In this document: piece after piece, positions 18,351-28,533 of the stretch
Position numbering within the stretch: the first letter of the stretch is position 1
Layout: every line of letters begins with the position of its first letter
Assembly (NCBI GenBank): GCA_018780035.1
Contig: JADMKE010000029.1
Span: 65,388 to 129,387, forward strand
Direction of reading: 5' to 3'
Length of the DNA stretch: 64,000 bases
Source: Candidatus Sericytochromatia bacterium
GTDB lineage: Bacteria; Cyanobacteriota; Sericytochromatia; UBA7694
The notes under the pieces: generated by a model
Databases searched by the model: none
Seen by the model: the letters and a program-made list of their open reading frames with translations, nothing else
Told to the model about the DNA's origin: nothing
Translations under genes and position numbers: made by a program

Positions 18351-19688
18351 ATGATTAAAAAATACAATATTTTGTTGTTGTTTTGTATTTTTGAGATTTT
18401 TTCTCAATCTTCTTGTATTTCTTTGGGTGTTATTAATTATGAATTGGAATCTATTTCACTAGATCGGGGGTTGGAACATCTTAAAAAGAAAGAATATAAC
18501 CAAGCCATACAAGCTTTTCAAGTCAAACTACAAATTAACCCCAAAGATATTGATACTTATATTTGGTTGGCCACCGCTTATGATGATCAAGGCGATAAAG
18601 ATGCTGCTCTCCAAACACTGAAAAAAGTATTGGAATTAGAACCAAACCATATCAGTGCCAATATGCGTTTGGGATACGTGTATTATAAAAAAGCAGATTA
18701 CAAAAATGCCTTAGTAGCGTTCAAAAAAACTGCAGAATTAGATCCGAAAAATACTGAAAATCTAAAATTTTTAGGCAGTACTAGTTTTTATTTGGACGAT
18801 AATGTATCTGCGAAAGAATATTTTTTAAAATATGAATCACTTGAAGAAAATCCTTCTGCAAATACTTTAGGAACTATATGTGCCAATTACTTTAATTTAA
18901 AAGAGTTTGAACAAGCTAAAATATACGCAGAAAAATCAATAAAAACTGACCCATCTGTTTCTTTGGCTTATTTTATTTTAGGTGGCTATTTTTATCAGAA
19001 AAGAGATAATGAAAATGCAGAAAAAAATTTCAAATTAGCTGAAATAAATAGTAAAGGAGAAAGCGTAAATGCTATTTATTACTTGGGGAAATTATATTTT
19101 GAAAAAAAACGCTTTCAATCAGCTTTTGATTATTTCTCAAAACTACCTTCAAGTTATCGAGACACAGAGAAATTAAAACAGGAATCTGAAAAAAAACTAG
19201 AAGAACTAGCTTCAAAAAACTATTTAAAAACATATTTTGAAAATGTTTTTAGTGCTTATGATCTAAATGTTTCTGAGCCACAATCCAGCATGAGCTGTTT
19301 GTCAGATACCTCTGGATTGATTGAAAAACAGGAGTTAAAATCTGTTATTACTAACTATATCAAGTCACAAGGGACTCTTGATTTAAAAAAAATCATATTT
19401 GTTGAAGAGTTAAACGAATACAAGGGGCATAAATATCAACCTTACCATTATATTTTGAGAGCAAAAGTCTTAGAGTCAAAAAATTTTAATGAAACAGAAA
19501 TGGCCTTGCTCGATGCCGTTCAAAAGGCTGTTTTAGTTGGCATTATAAATGGTGTGCCTTGTAAATTTAATAATCACTATGATAAAGCCTCTTCCCAAAA
19601 CAGAAGTTACGATGATTATTTTTTTATTAACTTTATCCCAACAAATCTTCTTTTAAAATATGATTTGTCTATAAAAAAACAAAATTAG
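18351..19688 (+). CDS. AT-rich TPR-repeat protein, probably exported
   Basis: Multiple TPR consensus units, hydrophobic N-terminus, low GC. Confidence 0.85.
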   Translation: MIKKYNILLLFCIFEIFSQSSCISLGVINYELESISLDRGLEHLKKKEYNQAIQAFQVKLQINPKDIDTYIWLATAYDDQGDKDAALQTLKKVLELEPNHISANMRLGYVYYKKADYKNALVAFKKTAELDPKNTENLKFLGSTSFYLDDNVSAKEYFLKYESLEENPSANTLGTICANYFNLKEFEQAKIYAEKSIKTDPSVSLAYFILGGYFYQKRDNENAEKNFKLAEINSKGESVNAIYYLGKLYFEKKRFQSAFDYFSKLPSSYRDTEKLKQESEKKLEELASKNYLKTYFENVFSAYDLNVSEPQSSMSCLSDTSGLIEKQELKSVITNYIKSQGTLDLKKIIFVEELNEYKGHKYQPYHYILRAKVLESKNFNETEMALLDAVQKAVLVGIINGVPCKFNNHYDKASSQNRSYDDYFFINFIPTNLLLKYDLSIKKQN

Positions 19689-19786
19689 TATCAAAAATAT
19701 TTTTTAAGCAATTTAAGGTTGTGAACAGCTAAGCAAAGGAACTTGTAAGTACCTCAACCCATCATCGTCCACAAGGATATCAAGCC

Positions 19787-20665
19787 GTGCAAACCATCGA
19801 TACCGCCCTTGTTAAGCGCCTGATTCGCTCCCAATTCCCCCAATGGGCTGAGCTGCCTATCAGACCTGTCTTGCCTGGCGGCTGGGACAACCGCACCTTT
19901 CAATTGGGAGAGACCATGTCCGTGCGCCTGCCCAGTGCAGAAAGGTATGAGCCTCAGGTCGCCAAGGAACAGCGCTGGTTGCCCTGGCTGGCCCCGCAAT
20001 TGCCTCTGCCGATTCCCGTTCCTCTGGCCAAGGGAGAGCCCGATGCTGGGTATCCCTGGCCCTGGTCTGTATACGGCTGGCTGGCAGGGGAGCCCGCAAC
20101 CCACGCAGGGATCACAGATATGAATTTCTTTGCCTCTGACCTCGCAGATTTTCTCAGGGCTTTGCAGCGGCTCGAAACCTGCGAGGCCCCGCCGCCGGGG
20201 GAGCATAACTTTTTTCGCGGGGGTCCGCTCCGCATCTACGATGCAGAAGCCCGGCAAGCCATCAGCCGCTTGGGTGACGCCATAGACGCACAGGCAGCCC
20301 TTGCAATCTGGCAAACAGCCCTCCATTCTACTTGGCGCACAGCGCCTGTCTGGATTCATGGCGATGTCAGTGCAGCCAATCTGCTGCTTGAAAAGGGCCG
20401 TTTATCTGCAGTGATCGACTTTGGCTCATGCGGAGCGGGTGATCCCGCCTGTGACCTGACGATTGCCTGGACGCTCCTGCAGGGCGACAGCCGAGAATTG
20501 TTCTGCAAAAACCTGGCTCTGGATCCCGACACCTGGGCCCGCGCACGGGGCTGGGCCCTCTGGAAAGCCCTGATTACCTTGGCAGATCACCGTCACCCAA
20601 CGACACTACACACCCTCCCGGCCTGGCATGTCTTGAAAGAGGTACTTCAAAATGCAGGGTTTTAA
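19787..20665 (+). CDS. Aminoglycoside phosphotransferase (APH)-family kinase
   Basis: GWDN, HGDVSAANLL and VIDFG...GDPACDL motifs. Confidence 0.92.
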   Translation: MQTIDTALVKRLIRSQFPQWAELPIRPVLPGGWDNRTFQLGETMSVRLPSAERYEPQVAKEQRWLPWLAPQLPLPIPVPLAKGEPDAGYPWPWSVYGWLAGEPATHAGITDMNFFASDLADFLRALQRLETCEAPPPGEHNFFRGGPLRIYDAEARQAISRLGDAIDAQAALAIWQTALHSTWRTAPVWIHGDVSAANLLLEKGRLSAVIDFGSCGAGDPACDLTIAWTLLQGDSRELFCKNLALDPDTWARARGWALWKALITLADHRHPTTLHTLPAWHVLKEVLQNAGF

Positions 20666-20673
20666 AGCCAAAG

Positions 20674-21324
20674 TCAGCGGCGGCGCACAAAGATCAGATT
20701 GTCGTTGACTTCCGCTTCTTGGCCTTGGGGCCCACGGGCCAGACGGGTGTGAAGCTTGAACTCTTTCACTTCCCAGGCCTCAGATGCCAAGCCCAGATCT
20801 GCCCACTCTGTGTCGAGGGTGGGAAAGGCAAACTCCTTTTTGTGCTGCTCGCCCCAGGGCGGGCCGGAGGCATGGGTCACCACCAGTAAATGACCCCCTC
20901 TGACAATCTGTGCTGAGGCCTGCCGCAAAATCTCGGCCCTGGGAAAGTCAAACGGCGATTGAAAATACAGGGCACACACCAGTTCAAACTCCCCTTTGGG
21001 GATAGCTTGAGTTAGGTCACAGACCTCAAATTCAATCTGAGCCAATAATCCGGCAGCTTGTGCGAGCCGCGTCGCCGTTTGAATGGCATGGCTGGAGATG
21101 TCTACCGCTGTGACCTGCCAGCCCTGTTCTGCCAGCCAGAGACTGTCGTCCCCTGTGCTGCAGCCCAGTTCCAATACCCGTCCAGGTGGCAATTTAGCCA
21201 CAAGATCCTGCAAGAGTTGCCCCGCTTTGCCCCTTGTGCGGGAGTGGCTTTGTGCGTATCGCTCTTGCCAAAATGCTTGGGGATCCTGAGCCTGGCTTTG
21301 GTCGGGGTCGGAGGGGGTTGGCAT
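20674..21324 (-). CDS. Class I SAM-dependent methyltransferase
   Basis: FWQERY, VLELGCSTGDD and VTAVDIS motifs. Confidence 0.9.
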   Translation of the reverse strand: MPTPSDPDQSQAQDPQAFWQERYAQSHSRTRGKAGQLLQDLVAKLPPGRVLELGCSTGDDSLWLAEQGWQVTAVDISSHAIQTATRLAQAAGLLAQIEFEVCDLTQAIPKGEFELVCALYFQSPFDFPRAEILRQASAQIVRGGHLLVVTHASGPPWGEQHKKEFAFPTLDTEWADLGLASEAWEVKEFKLHTRLARGPQGQEAEVNDNLIFVRRR

Positions 21325-21554
21325 CGTCTTTCCTTACTGAATCGTTTTCATGTAATGTGTTAAGTTACATGATAGCAAAGATACAAAGATCCTGCAACAC
21401 AAACGAAAAAGGTTTGTTTTTGAGGATTTTGCCTACCCTGATCTCAGCTCTTTCAACTTACTGCCCAGAACAATGTTATATTGAAAAGTGTTGAAAAACA
21501 CCCGCTGTCTGCCCCCAAAAGTGAAATCAAAGTCAGGACGCTGACACCCATTTT

Positions 21555-23012
21555 ATGCTGAAAAATAACCGTGAAACCCTGCTCGCTGGCGCCGAATACC
21601 AAGATGCTTATACAGATCTGAAGTGGGTCTGCCGTGCCCCCCATGGCAATTGGGCCATACGCCTGCTTGGATTTGTCTTGCGCAAGGCCTTTCGCAAAGG
21701 CTGTTCGAGCATCACCTTTGACAAATTGAGCTTTGAAAAGGCCACGGCCCAAATCGCGCCAGGTCATTTGGTTGTCTTGGCGCCCACGCACCGCAGCATG
21801 ATGGACTTTTTGGTTTGCTCTTATCTCTGTTTTGCCCATCCCGAACTCAAAATTTCGATCCCGTATATCGCCGCCGATTTACAATTGGGAAAATTGCCGT
21901 TTTTGGGCTGGTTGCTCAAACAGGCGTATGCCTTTTATCTTAAACGGGGCCAAGGCAAAGCGGATCCCGAATTAAATGCCCAACTCAGACACTTGGTGGA
22001 TGCCCAGCAAACCCTGGAAATATTTATCGAAGGCACCCGCAGCCGGGCCCGTCAGTGCCTGCCCCCCAAACGCGGCTTGTTGCGCGCACTTCAGCAAACA
22101 GGTGTGGGCTGTACGCTTTTGCCGATCACCATCAATTACGACCGGGTGCCCGAAGAAGACGCTTTGATGAGAGAACTGCAGGGCGGCCCCAAACCCACAA
22201 TGAGACTGGGCCCGCTGCTTAACTGGAGCCTAAAACTGCTCAATGACCAGATCAAAATTGGCAGGGTCCACTTGGTCTGTGGAGAACCCGTGACGATGGA
22301 ACCCGAGAATGATGTCCATGCCGTCAGCCACGCTGTGATGAAAGAACTGCAAGAAAATTATGTTGTCAGCACTTACCATTTGCGCGCTTTTTTGCATTTT
22401 CAGCCCGAATTGGGTTATACCCTGCAGAGCCTGAGTGAAGCTGTTCAGGCCCGCGGTGGGACTGTACTTGAAAGCCCGCTCGAAGATCTTTCCCTGCTGG
22501 ATTTCAAAACAGAGTATACCCTGCGTTACCAGTGGATGCATCTGTTTTTTCCTGACCTTTTGGCGCTTTCGCCCCATCACCCGATAATCTTGCACCATGT
22601 TAGCAGCAACAGTTTTTCGGAGCGCTTCAGCCGACCTGCGACGCTCTCCCCTCACAATGAGCCATTGCAGGCCCTGTTAAAATGCCTTTTTCAGCCGCTG
22701 CAACAGGCCTATTCACAATTGCTTCACGCAGCGTCTCAACAGAACGGTCTGCGCTTTGCCAATCCCAAGGCCTTTGTGGTCCAACACCCTGACTGTTTTT
22801 TACCGATGGTGGAAGAGGCCTTGGCCCATTTAACCGCCGCCAAATTGCTGATCAAACGAGAGAATCAAACGGGATTTGAATTGGGAGAAGCCTGGAAAAG
22901 TCAGGCAGAAATCTACCAGGTGCCTTTCTTTGAAAAGAACCCAGTGCTCATGAACCCGGCTTTCACGAACCCGGCTTTCACGAACCCTGCGCTCAAGACC
23001 TCGCAACGCTGA
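21555..23012 (+). CDS. PlsB/GPAT-like glycerol-3-phosphate or DHAP acyltransferase
   Basis: THRSMMDF (HxxxxD), AFYLKR and FIEGTRSR acyltransferase blocks. Confidence 0.82.
   Translation: MLKNNRETLLAGAEYQDAYTDLKWVCRAPHGNWAIRLLGFVLRKAFRKGCSSITFDKLSFEKATAQIAPGHLVVLAPTHRSMMDFLVCSYLCFAHPELKISIPYIAADLQLGKLPFLGWLLKQAYAFYLKRGQGKADPELNAQLRHLVDAQQTLEIFIEGTRSRARQCLPPKRGLLRALQQTGVGCTLLPITINYDRVPEEDALMRELQGGPKPTMRLGPLLNWSLKLLNDQIKIGRVHLVCGEPVTMEPENDVHAVSHAVMKELQENYVVSTYHLRAFLHFQPELGYTLQSLSEAVQARGGTVLESPLEDLSLLDFKTEYTLRYQWMHLFFPDLLALSPHHPIILHHVSSNSFSERFSRPATLSPHNEPLQALLKCLFQPLQQAYSQLLHAASQQNGLRFANPKAFVVQHPDCFLPMVEEALAHLTAAKLLIKRENQTGFELGEAWKSQAEIYQVPFFEKNPVLMNPAFTNPAFTNPALKTSQR
22937..22996 (+). repeat. 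In-frame 15-bp tandem repeat x4 (NPVLM-NPAFT-NPAFT-NPALK)
   Basis: GAACCCGGCTTTCAC twice exactly, flanked by two degenerate copies. Confidence 0.9.
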
Positions 23013-23034
23013 TCTCCACAGGTCTCTGGCTTCA

Positions 23035-23625
23035 TCAATCCCGAAGCCAATGCAACAAGCGGTTATTGGCAGGCATGGCATGGTTTTGCTGCAAATTCAG
23101 TCCATGGTTCAGCGCCAGGGCCAGCACAGCCTCCAAATCTTTGATCCCACCCCCTGGAAAGGTGCTTTTGGCCCAGGCATCAAGACGGGCATTGCCTTCA
23201 CTTGTGAATTGCCCCGCCTGATTAAAAGGCCCATAGACTGCCAACTGGCCCTGTGCAGGCAACAGTTTTGCCACCCCTGCAAAAAAATCTGCAACCATTT
23301 TTTCGTCCATGATATGCAGGGTATTGGCCGAGAAGATAAAGTCAACACTCAGCACTGCCCAGTCGGGCTGGCTCACGTCGAGCAACACAGGGCCGCGAAG
23401 ATTTGGCAAAGCGGCTTCGGCGAACCTTTCGCGAAGGTCTGGGTGATGTTTCGCCTGATCACTGGCATGCCAAGTGAGCTGCGGCAGCTCCCGCGCAAAA
23501 TGCACGGCATGCTGACCCGTACCGCTGCCAATTTCAAGAACGGCTTGGCTCTTTTGCAGCAGTGGCTGCAGTACGGCAAGTATCGGTTCTTTGTTGCGCT
23601 CACAGGCTTCAGAAAAGGCTTTCAT
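23035..23625 (-). CDS. DUF938 methyltransferase
   Basis: FSEACERNKEPIL, VLEIGSGTGQH, YGPF and MPANN motifs. Confidence 0.93.
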   Translation of the reverse strand: MKAFSEACERNKEPILAVLQPLLQKSQAVLEIGSGTGQHAVHFARELPQLTWHASDQAKHHPDLRERFAEAALPNLRGPVLLDVSQPDWAVLSVDFIFSANTLHIMDEKMVADFFAGVAKLLPAQGQLAVYGPFNQAGQFTSEGNARLDAWAKSTFPGGGIKDLEAVLALALNHGLNLQQNHAMPANNRLLHWLRD

Positions 23626-23768
23626 ACACACGAGTATACCTTAAAACAAAGGATTGACGGCGTTTGCGTCTAAAACATATTTTTGACTTAGCGCTGAATA
23701 TGTGTGCATACTCAAAGTTGCCTTTGACAATTTAAGCGAATCGCCTTCAAGCAGGACTGAGAAAAATC

Positions 23769-24797
23769 TTGAGCATGGTTCGCATGCGTATGAAAATCGA
23801 AGAAAGAACTTTGACGCGTATGGAAAAACAAGCACAGAAAGACGAAGTGGTGGCCGCATTCAGATGGTTTGCCCAGGCGGTCAATGCCGGTCGCAAAGGG
23901 GAATCTGAGATGTCACCACTGGTCGAAGCCACGTCGCGCCTCTCGCTCTCGCAAATGGAGTCTTGGGAAAGGTGCTTGCGCAGGGAACTCCACAACACTC
24001 AGCATCAGCCAACTTCTCTGACCTGGTTAGATCTGTGCAGCGGCGACGGTTATATTCGCGAAGAAACCTTAAATGCTTTATCTGGCGCAGCTCCCAATCG
24101 ATTTTTCTTGGCACTGGCTTTGCGTCGCCTGAATGATTGGGTTCCGCAGGTGCGCGCAGCAGCTCGGAAACAACTCCCACTGATTGCCAACGCATCTGAT
24201 CCCGAACAGGTGGTGGATGTCTTATGTGCAACCTTGCCCCATTGGGATTCTTGGGGGCGAATGGAAGATGCAGACAAACAGGTAATTTTAGAGCTTATTT
24301 CTCCAGAAAAAGTATTAATTGCACTTAAATTTCGACTTATATCATCTAAATCCGGACCAATGACAACTATCTTGGTACAAGCATGTCGAACCCCCGCGCT
24401 GGATCCCTATTTGGCGGAGATTGCCCACCGTGCCATTCAACCTGCTGTACGCGCAAAAGTGTACCGATTGCAACTGTCAAGAAAGAACGTGTGGTTTGAA
24501 GGCAAGAAATGGGAATGGACAAATCTACGCGATTGTAAGGGACGATTTAAACCGATCCATTTCGAACGGGCCCTCTCTGTTGATAGTCCCTTTTTAGAGA
24601 CTTTAAAGCTGGCGGCCACAGATCCTTCTCCCATGGTTCGGCGCGTAGCGGGAGAAATGCTGATCCGAGAGTTAAACACAATCAGCGCAGAGACAGGCGC
24701 AGATGTGCGCAATCTGGCAGAATTGCTTGCTTCAGATACTTCTGTGTCAGTTGCAGAGCAAGGCAAATTTGTCTTAAAACGCTTGTTTCAGTGCTAA
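23769..24797 (+). CDS. Hypothetical HEAT-like repeat protein
   Basis: DGYIREE, RLNDWVPQVRAAA and DPSPMVRR motifs. Start uncertain. Confidence 0.7.
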   Translation: MSMVRMRMKIEERTLTRMEKQAQKDEVVAAFRWFAQAVNAGRKGESEMSPLVEATSRLSLSQMESWERCLRRELHNTQHQPTSLTWLDLCSGDGYIREETLNALSGAAPNRFFLALALRRLNDWVPQVRAAARKQLPLIANASDPEQVVDVLCATLPHWDSWGRMEDADKQVILELISPEKVLIALKFRLISSKSGPMTTILVQACRTPALDPYLAEIAHRAIQPAVRAKVYRLQLSRKNVWFEGKKWEWTNLRDCKGRFKPIHFERALSVDSPFLETLKLAATDPSPMVRRVAGEMLIRELNTISAETGADVRNLAELLASDTSVSVAEQGKFVLKRLFQC

Positions 24798-24816
24798 GGT
24801 GCTGAAACAAGCGTTT
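24777..24816. terminator. Perfect 15-bp inverted repeat spanning a stop codon
   Basis: AAACGCTTGTTTCAG-N10-CTGAAACAAGCGTTT between convergent genes. Confidence 0.55.
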
Positions 24817-24936
24817 AATTTGGTGGCGCGCTTCGGCTGCAATGGTATCAAAGCCATAGGTTGTTTTCATGCGCACCGCGGATCGTTATCTATTCCTGAG
24901 GCACAAATCGGCAAATGTGACCGAGGGACCATTTGG

Positions 24937-25350
24937 TTATAAATAAGCCGTGATCGCCGGGGGCTGCCACCACAGATCCTGTAATCCATCGAGGTATTGA
25001 ATCGGAATCTGAGCCCGTTCTTCAGGGGTCAGGCCATCCAAACAGGCCAAGTGAACCGAGCAGAAATCGCCCCCCAATTCGGGCAAATGACCATGACCAA
25101 AGGTCTGTGTCCCACAGTGTTTGCAAAAGCGGTGATGGCCCGCTTCGTATTTAGAATAATCCCCCAAATCGCTCTCGCCTTTTAAAAGCCGAAAGTCTAA
25201 AGGGGAGGTGATCAGACCCCAGTAGCGCACTTTTGTACACCATCGGCAATTGCAACGGGTGCTGGTGGTGGTACTGTCATGACTCAAATCGAGTTGGACT
25301 TCAAACTGGATTGCGCCGCAGGCACAGCTGCCAAGGTATTGTTTTTTCAT
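24937..25350 (-). CDS. GFA/CENP-V family zinc protein
   Basis: GSCACG, CNCRWC and FCKHCG motifs. GGAG RBS. Confidence 0.92.
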   Translation of the reverse strand: MKKQYLGSCACGAIQFEVQLDLSHDSTTTSTRCNCRWCTKVRYWGLITSPLDFRLLKGESDLGDYSKYEAGHHRFCKHCGTQTFGHGHLPELGGDFCSVHLACLDGLTPEERAQIPIQYLDGLQDLWWQPPAITAYL

Positions 25351-25438
25351 AAAAGTGACTCCAAATAGTGTGTTAATGCAGGTTGTGGCTAAAATAGACA
25401 GCGCTTTAATCAACCCTTATACTGAGCTTACAACCCAA

Positions 25439-25459
25439 TTAGGACAAATACTGTCCTAA
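25439..25459. promoter_or_regulatory. Palindromic operator in the divergent GFA/WYL promoter
   Basis: TTAGGACA-N5-TGTCCTAA perfect inverted repeat, 17 nt upstream of the WYL regulator. Confidence 0.75.
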
Positions 25460-25476
25460 ATTAAAGCGAGGTCCAA

Positions 25477-26448
25477 ATGTATTCACCGACAACGCGCATC
25501 TTGACGGTACTGGAGCTTTTGCAGTCTTATCCCCGTTTGAGTGGGGCAGAATTGGCAGATAAGTTGGAAGTGGATATTCGCTCAATTCGCCGCTATGTGC
25601 AAAGATTGCAGGAAATGGGGCTTCCGATTGTCGGCGAAGCAGGACCCGCAGGTGGGTACCATATGGGGCGCGGGTATAAAATGCCCCCCTTGATCTTAAC
25701 GGATCAAGAATCTGTGGCGCTGACTCTGGGTTTGATGCTTCTGCGGGACATGGGAAATTTCCTGGATCCCAGTGCGATTATCGGGGCTTTGGCCAAAACA
25801 GAGCGGGTCATGCCTGTGCAGCTGCATGCCCAGGCCCAAGACCTGCAAATGGCGATTCGCTTTCATCTGCGCCTCTACCAACAGCCTGTCGAATTGAGGT
25901 ATATCACCGACCTGAGCCAAGCTATTCGGGCTGAGTGCCGCGTGCATCTGGGGTATGAAGCCCGAGACGGCCAGGTAAGTGAGCGAGCGTTTGAGCCTTA
26001 TGGCATCATCATGAATGAGGGAATTTGGTATACCGTGGGCTGGTGTTGTCTGCGTCAAGCTTTGCGCACCTTTCGTGTCGATCGCTTTCAGAGTCTCTCG
26101 TTAACAGATCAGACCTTTAAAAAGCCCGAAGCCTTTGATGCTCTGGACCATGTTTTGACCAACTTGGCCCAAGGAGCTGGAGAGGATGAGGTCGAAGTTT
26201 TACTTCTAACCACCCTGGAAATAGCACAACAGGCCTGTCCTCCGACTTTTGCCCGCTTGGAAGCAACCTCCGAAGGCGTGCTCTTGCGCCGGGGCGCCTA
26301 CCATCTCGATTGGGTGGCTTATGGCTTGATGCAATTGGATTTTCCCATGCAGGTGCGCAAACCGCTTGCCCTGCGTGAATTATTGTTAAAACAAGGGCAA
26401 AAGGCACTGGCCATGGTAGATACTTCTCAAACCCGAATTTCACCCTGA
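25477..26448 (+). CDS. YafY/PafC-type HTH-WYL transcriptional regulator
   Basis: N-terminal HTH (ELADKLEVDIRSIRRY) and WYTVGW...RTFRVDR. Confidence 0.93.
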   Translation: MYSPTTRILTVLELLQSYPRLSGAELADKLEVDIRSIRRYVQRLQEMGLPIVGEAGPAGGYHMGRGYKMPPLILTDQESVALTLGLMLLRDMGNFLDPSAIIGALAKTERVMPVQLHAQAQDLQMAIRFHLRLYQQPVELRYITDLSQAIRAECRVHLGYEARDGQVSERAFEPYGIIMNEGIWYTVGWCCLRQALRTFRVDRFQSLSLTDQTFKKPEAFDALDHVLTNLAQGAGEDEVEVLLLTTLEIAQQACPPTFARLEATSEGVLLRRGAYHLDWVAYGLMQLDFPMQVRKPLALRELLLKQGQKALAMVDTSQTRISP

Positions 26449-26505
26449 GCGTGGGTGACTACCAACCCCATGGCCAGATATTGGGCAGATGGCGATTAAA
26501 TTTGG

Positions 26506-28533
26506 TTAAGTGGAATAAATATGCTCAAAGTTGCGCGTATAATCGCTTAATTCACAGAGGTATTCTGCCCCGTGGGTGGCATGGGCCTCGAGTTTGCCTG
26601 TTTCTCGGTTAAAGCGGTATTCCCGCGCACCGTAACTGAGTATGCCTGTGGCATTCAGCACCCCAGACAAGGTCTCTGACATATCTCCCCAGGGATTGCG
26701 CAGTCGCACAAAACGCAAGGGGGGGCCATCTGCGGGACCCGGATATCCCCGATCTCCTGGCCGCAATTCTACTGCACCTGTGATCGCAAAATCGTGGCCC
26801 CCTACCAACCCGTGAATGACCTCTTCTCCAGCCGTGCCGACCCCTCCGGCCTCACCGTCTTCCGCAGCAAGGGTGTGGCGAGAGCCTGTTCCCATGGGTT
26901 TGCCTGCGGCCAAGCCGGCCTGAATTTGTTCGAAGAGGGCTCTTTGGCTGTCGGCATAGATTCCTGAGCCCCGGGCTCCAGAAAGTTGAGGTTCGAGCAG
27001 ATGCAGCAATCGCTGCTGGTTTTCAGGGCTCAGAGTCAGCGGAGAGGCCACTTTGAGAATACTTTGCTGAACGGCCTCTGAGAGTGGGGGGGTGACTCTT
27101 TTTAAGGCGTCGATCACGGCTTCACGGCTTGTCAGCGGCGGCAGAGCCCGCCAAGCAGAGATCAGGCTCTTGGTCAAAGCAGGTGTTTCGAGATGATCGG
27201 CCCGCAAAGCTGTGCGAATTGCGCTCAGGGTCTGAGGGTCTCCCAAACGCACGGGAGACTGGGCTGAAACCAATTCATGGATGGCTTCACGGGTAACCGG
27301 GCCGCTTTTTTCAAGCGCGATCAGGGCCTGGGCCCTGGGAACCATGGCTTGCATAAACAGAGCCAACTCACGGACTTGTGGATCCCGCTCTTGTTCTTGG
27401 CTGCTGGGCAAGACAAAGGCTTGTCGCAGAGCGGCAGACAGGGGGGTGGCCTGGATCTCCTGTTTGATTGCAGGCTGACCGAGCAGGGTTTCGTAGATAT
27501 CGCTGGCGAAACCCCCTTCTCCCATTCGGGCGTAAGAGCCAGTATGAATGGCATAGGCTTTTTCCAACAGCGCCACCCAGGGGGCCTCTTTGCTGGCGTG
27601 TTCGCGAATGGCAAAGTCGGTGTGTAAAACAGACTTATCAAAGGTCAGGTATTTGGGGGCAAAGGTCTTCTGACCCTCGGCGGTTTTGACATCAAATAAT
27701 TTAACCGTGACCGTGCCATCGCCATTGTCACGAATCATGTCTTTTACAGCCTCGGGCTTTTGGGCCACAATGCTTGCAAGGCCAGCCATGAAATAACAAT
27801 CCCCAATCGCCCCCTGTTTGATATCCCGAACACTGGGGGGATGTGGGAACAGAGCCGCGTTTTCATCCAGGGCCTTGTGGCTGCGGGCCTGGAAGTGGGA
27901 GGCAATGTCGCGGGTATAGACATAACCTTTGAAGTCAAAGACCAGATTGTCATCGTCATCGTGGTGGTATTTTTCGACAGCCAGAATATGGGGGTTGTCG
28001 GTGCGGCTATAGGTACAGTGCTCCCCTTTTGAGACATCCAGAAAATCGCCTGGGGAGAGATCTCCCCGGATCTGCGTGGGATCTGTTTTGTAGATGCGGG
28101 TCGCGTGGGCAAATTTGCCTTTGATGCCTGGATCTTGTGAGCGCTCAGGAACCGTTCCCGGCGGCAGATTGAGGGTGCCTCGGGCATAGGGCGGCGGAGG
28201 GGGCGTGGTGAATAGTTTCGCAAAGAAATGGCCAAGACTTGACGCTTTGAGCCACGCCAAGACGCCCGGCCGGGCAGCCACCCGTTGAATCTGATCGGCC
28301 CCATGTTCTTGGGCTTGAGCCATGACCGCTTCGGGCAATTGCGGGGCCGTGAGGTTGCGCAGGACCGCCGTTTGGGTTTGACTTTGCTGAATCTGGGCGT
28401 GCATGGCCGTGCTGGGTGGAGCGGTTGCTGGGGTCACTCCCGGTGACTGTGGTGCCTGTGGAACCGCAGGTGGTGCACTGGGGGAGAGGCTGGCTGAGGC
28501 GCCAGATGTGACGCGATGTATGCCAATATTCAT
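26506..28533 (-). CDS. Calpain-like (C2) cysteine peptidase
   Basis: QGAIGDCYF, WVALLEKAYA, GHDFAI and LRNPWG give the Cys-His-Asn triad. Confidence 0.88.
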   Translation of the reverse strand: MNIGIHRVTSGASASLSPSAPPAVPQAPQSPGVTPATAPPSTAMHAQIQQSQTQTAVLRNLTAPQLPEAVMAQAQEHGADQIQRVAARPGVLAWLKASSLGHFFAKLFTTPPPPPYARGTLNLPPGTVPERSQDPGIKGKFAHATRIYKTDPTQIRGDLSPGDFLDVSKGEHCTYSRTDNPHILAVEKYHHDDDDNLVFDFKGYVYTRDIASHFQARSHKALDENAALFPHPPSVRDIKQGAIGDCYFMAGLASIVAQKPEAVKDMIRDNGDGTVTVKLFDVKTAEGQKTFAPKYLTFDKSVLHTDFAIREHASKEAPWVALLEKAYAIHTGSYARMGEGGFASDIYETLLGQPAIKQEIQATPLSAALRQAFVLPSSQEQERDPQVRELALFMQAMVPRAQALIALEKSGPVTREAIHELVSAQSPVRLGDPQTLSAIRTALRADHLETPALTKSLISAWRALPPLTSREAVIDALKRVTPPLSEAVQQSILKVASPLTLSPENQQRLLHLLEPQLSGARGSGIYADSQRALFEQIQAGLAAGKPMGTGSRHTLAAEDGEAGGVGTAGEEVIHGLVGGHDFAITGAVELRPGDRGYPGPADGPPLRFVRLRNPWGDMSETLSGVLNATGILSYGAREYRFNRETGKLEAHATHGAEYLCELSDYTRNFEHIYST

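Noticed and set aside
19752-19790. Off-frame PQPIIVHKDIKP (and PQPIITHRDFK at 17560), resembling a Ser/Thr kinase catalytic loop
   Set aside because: The match is too short, has no flanking kinase motifs and coincides with the APH RBS, so it is probably chance.
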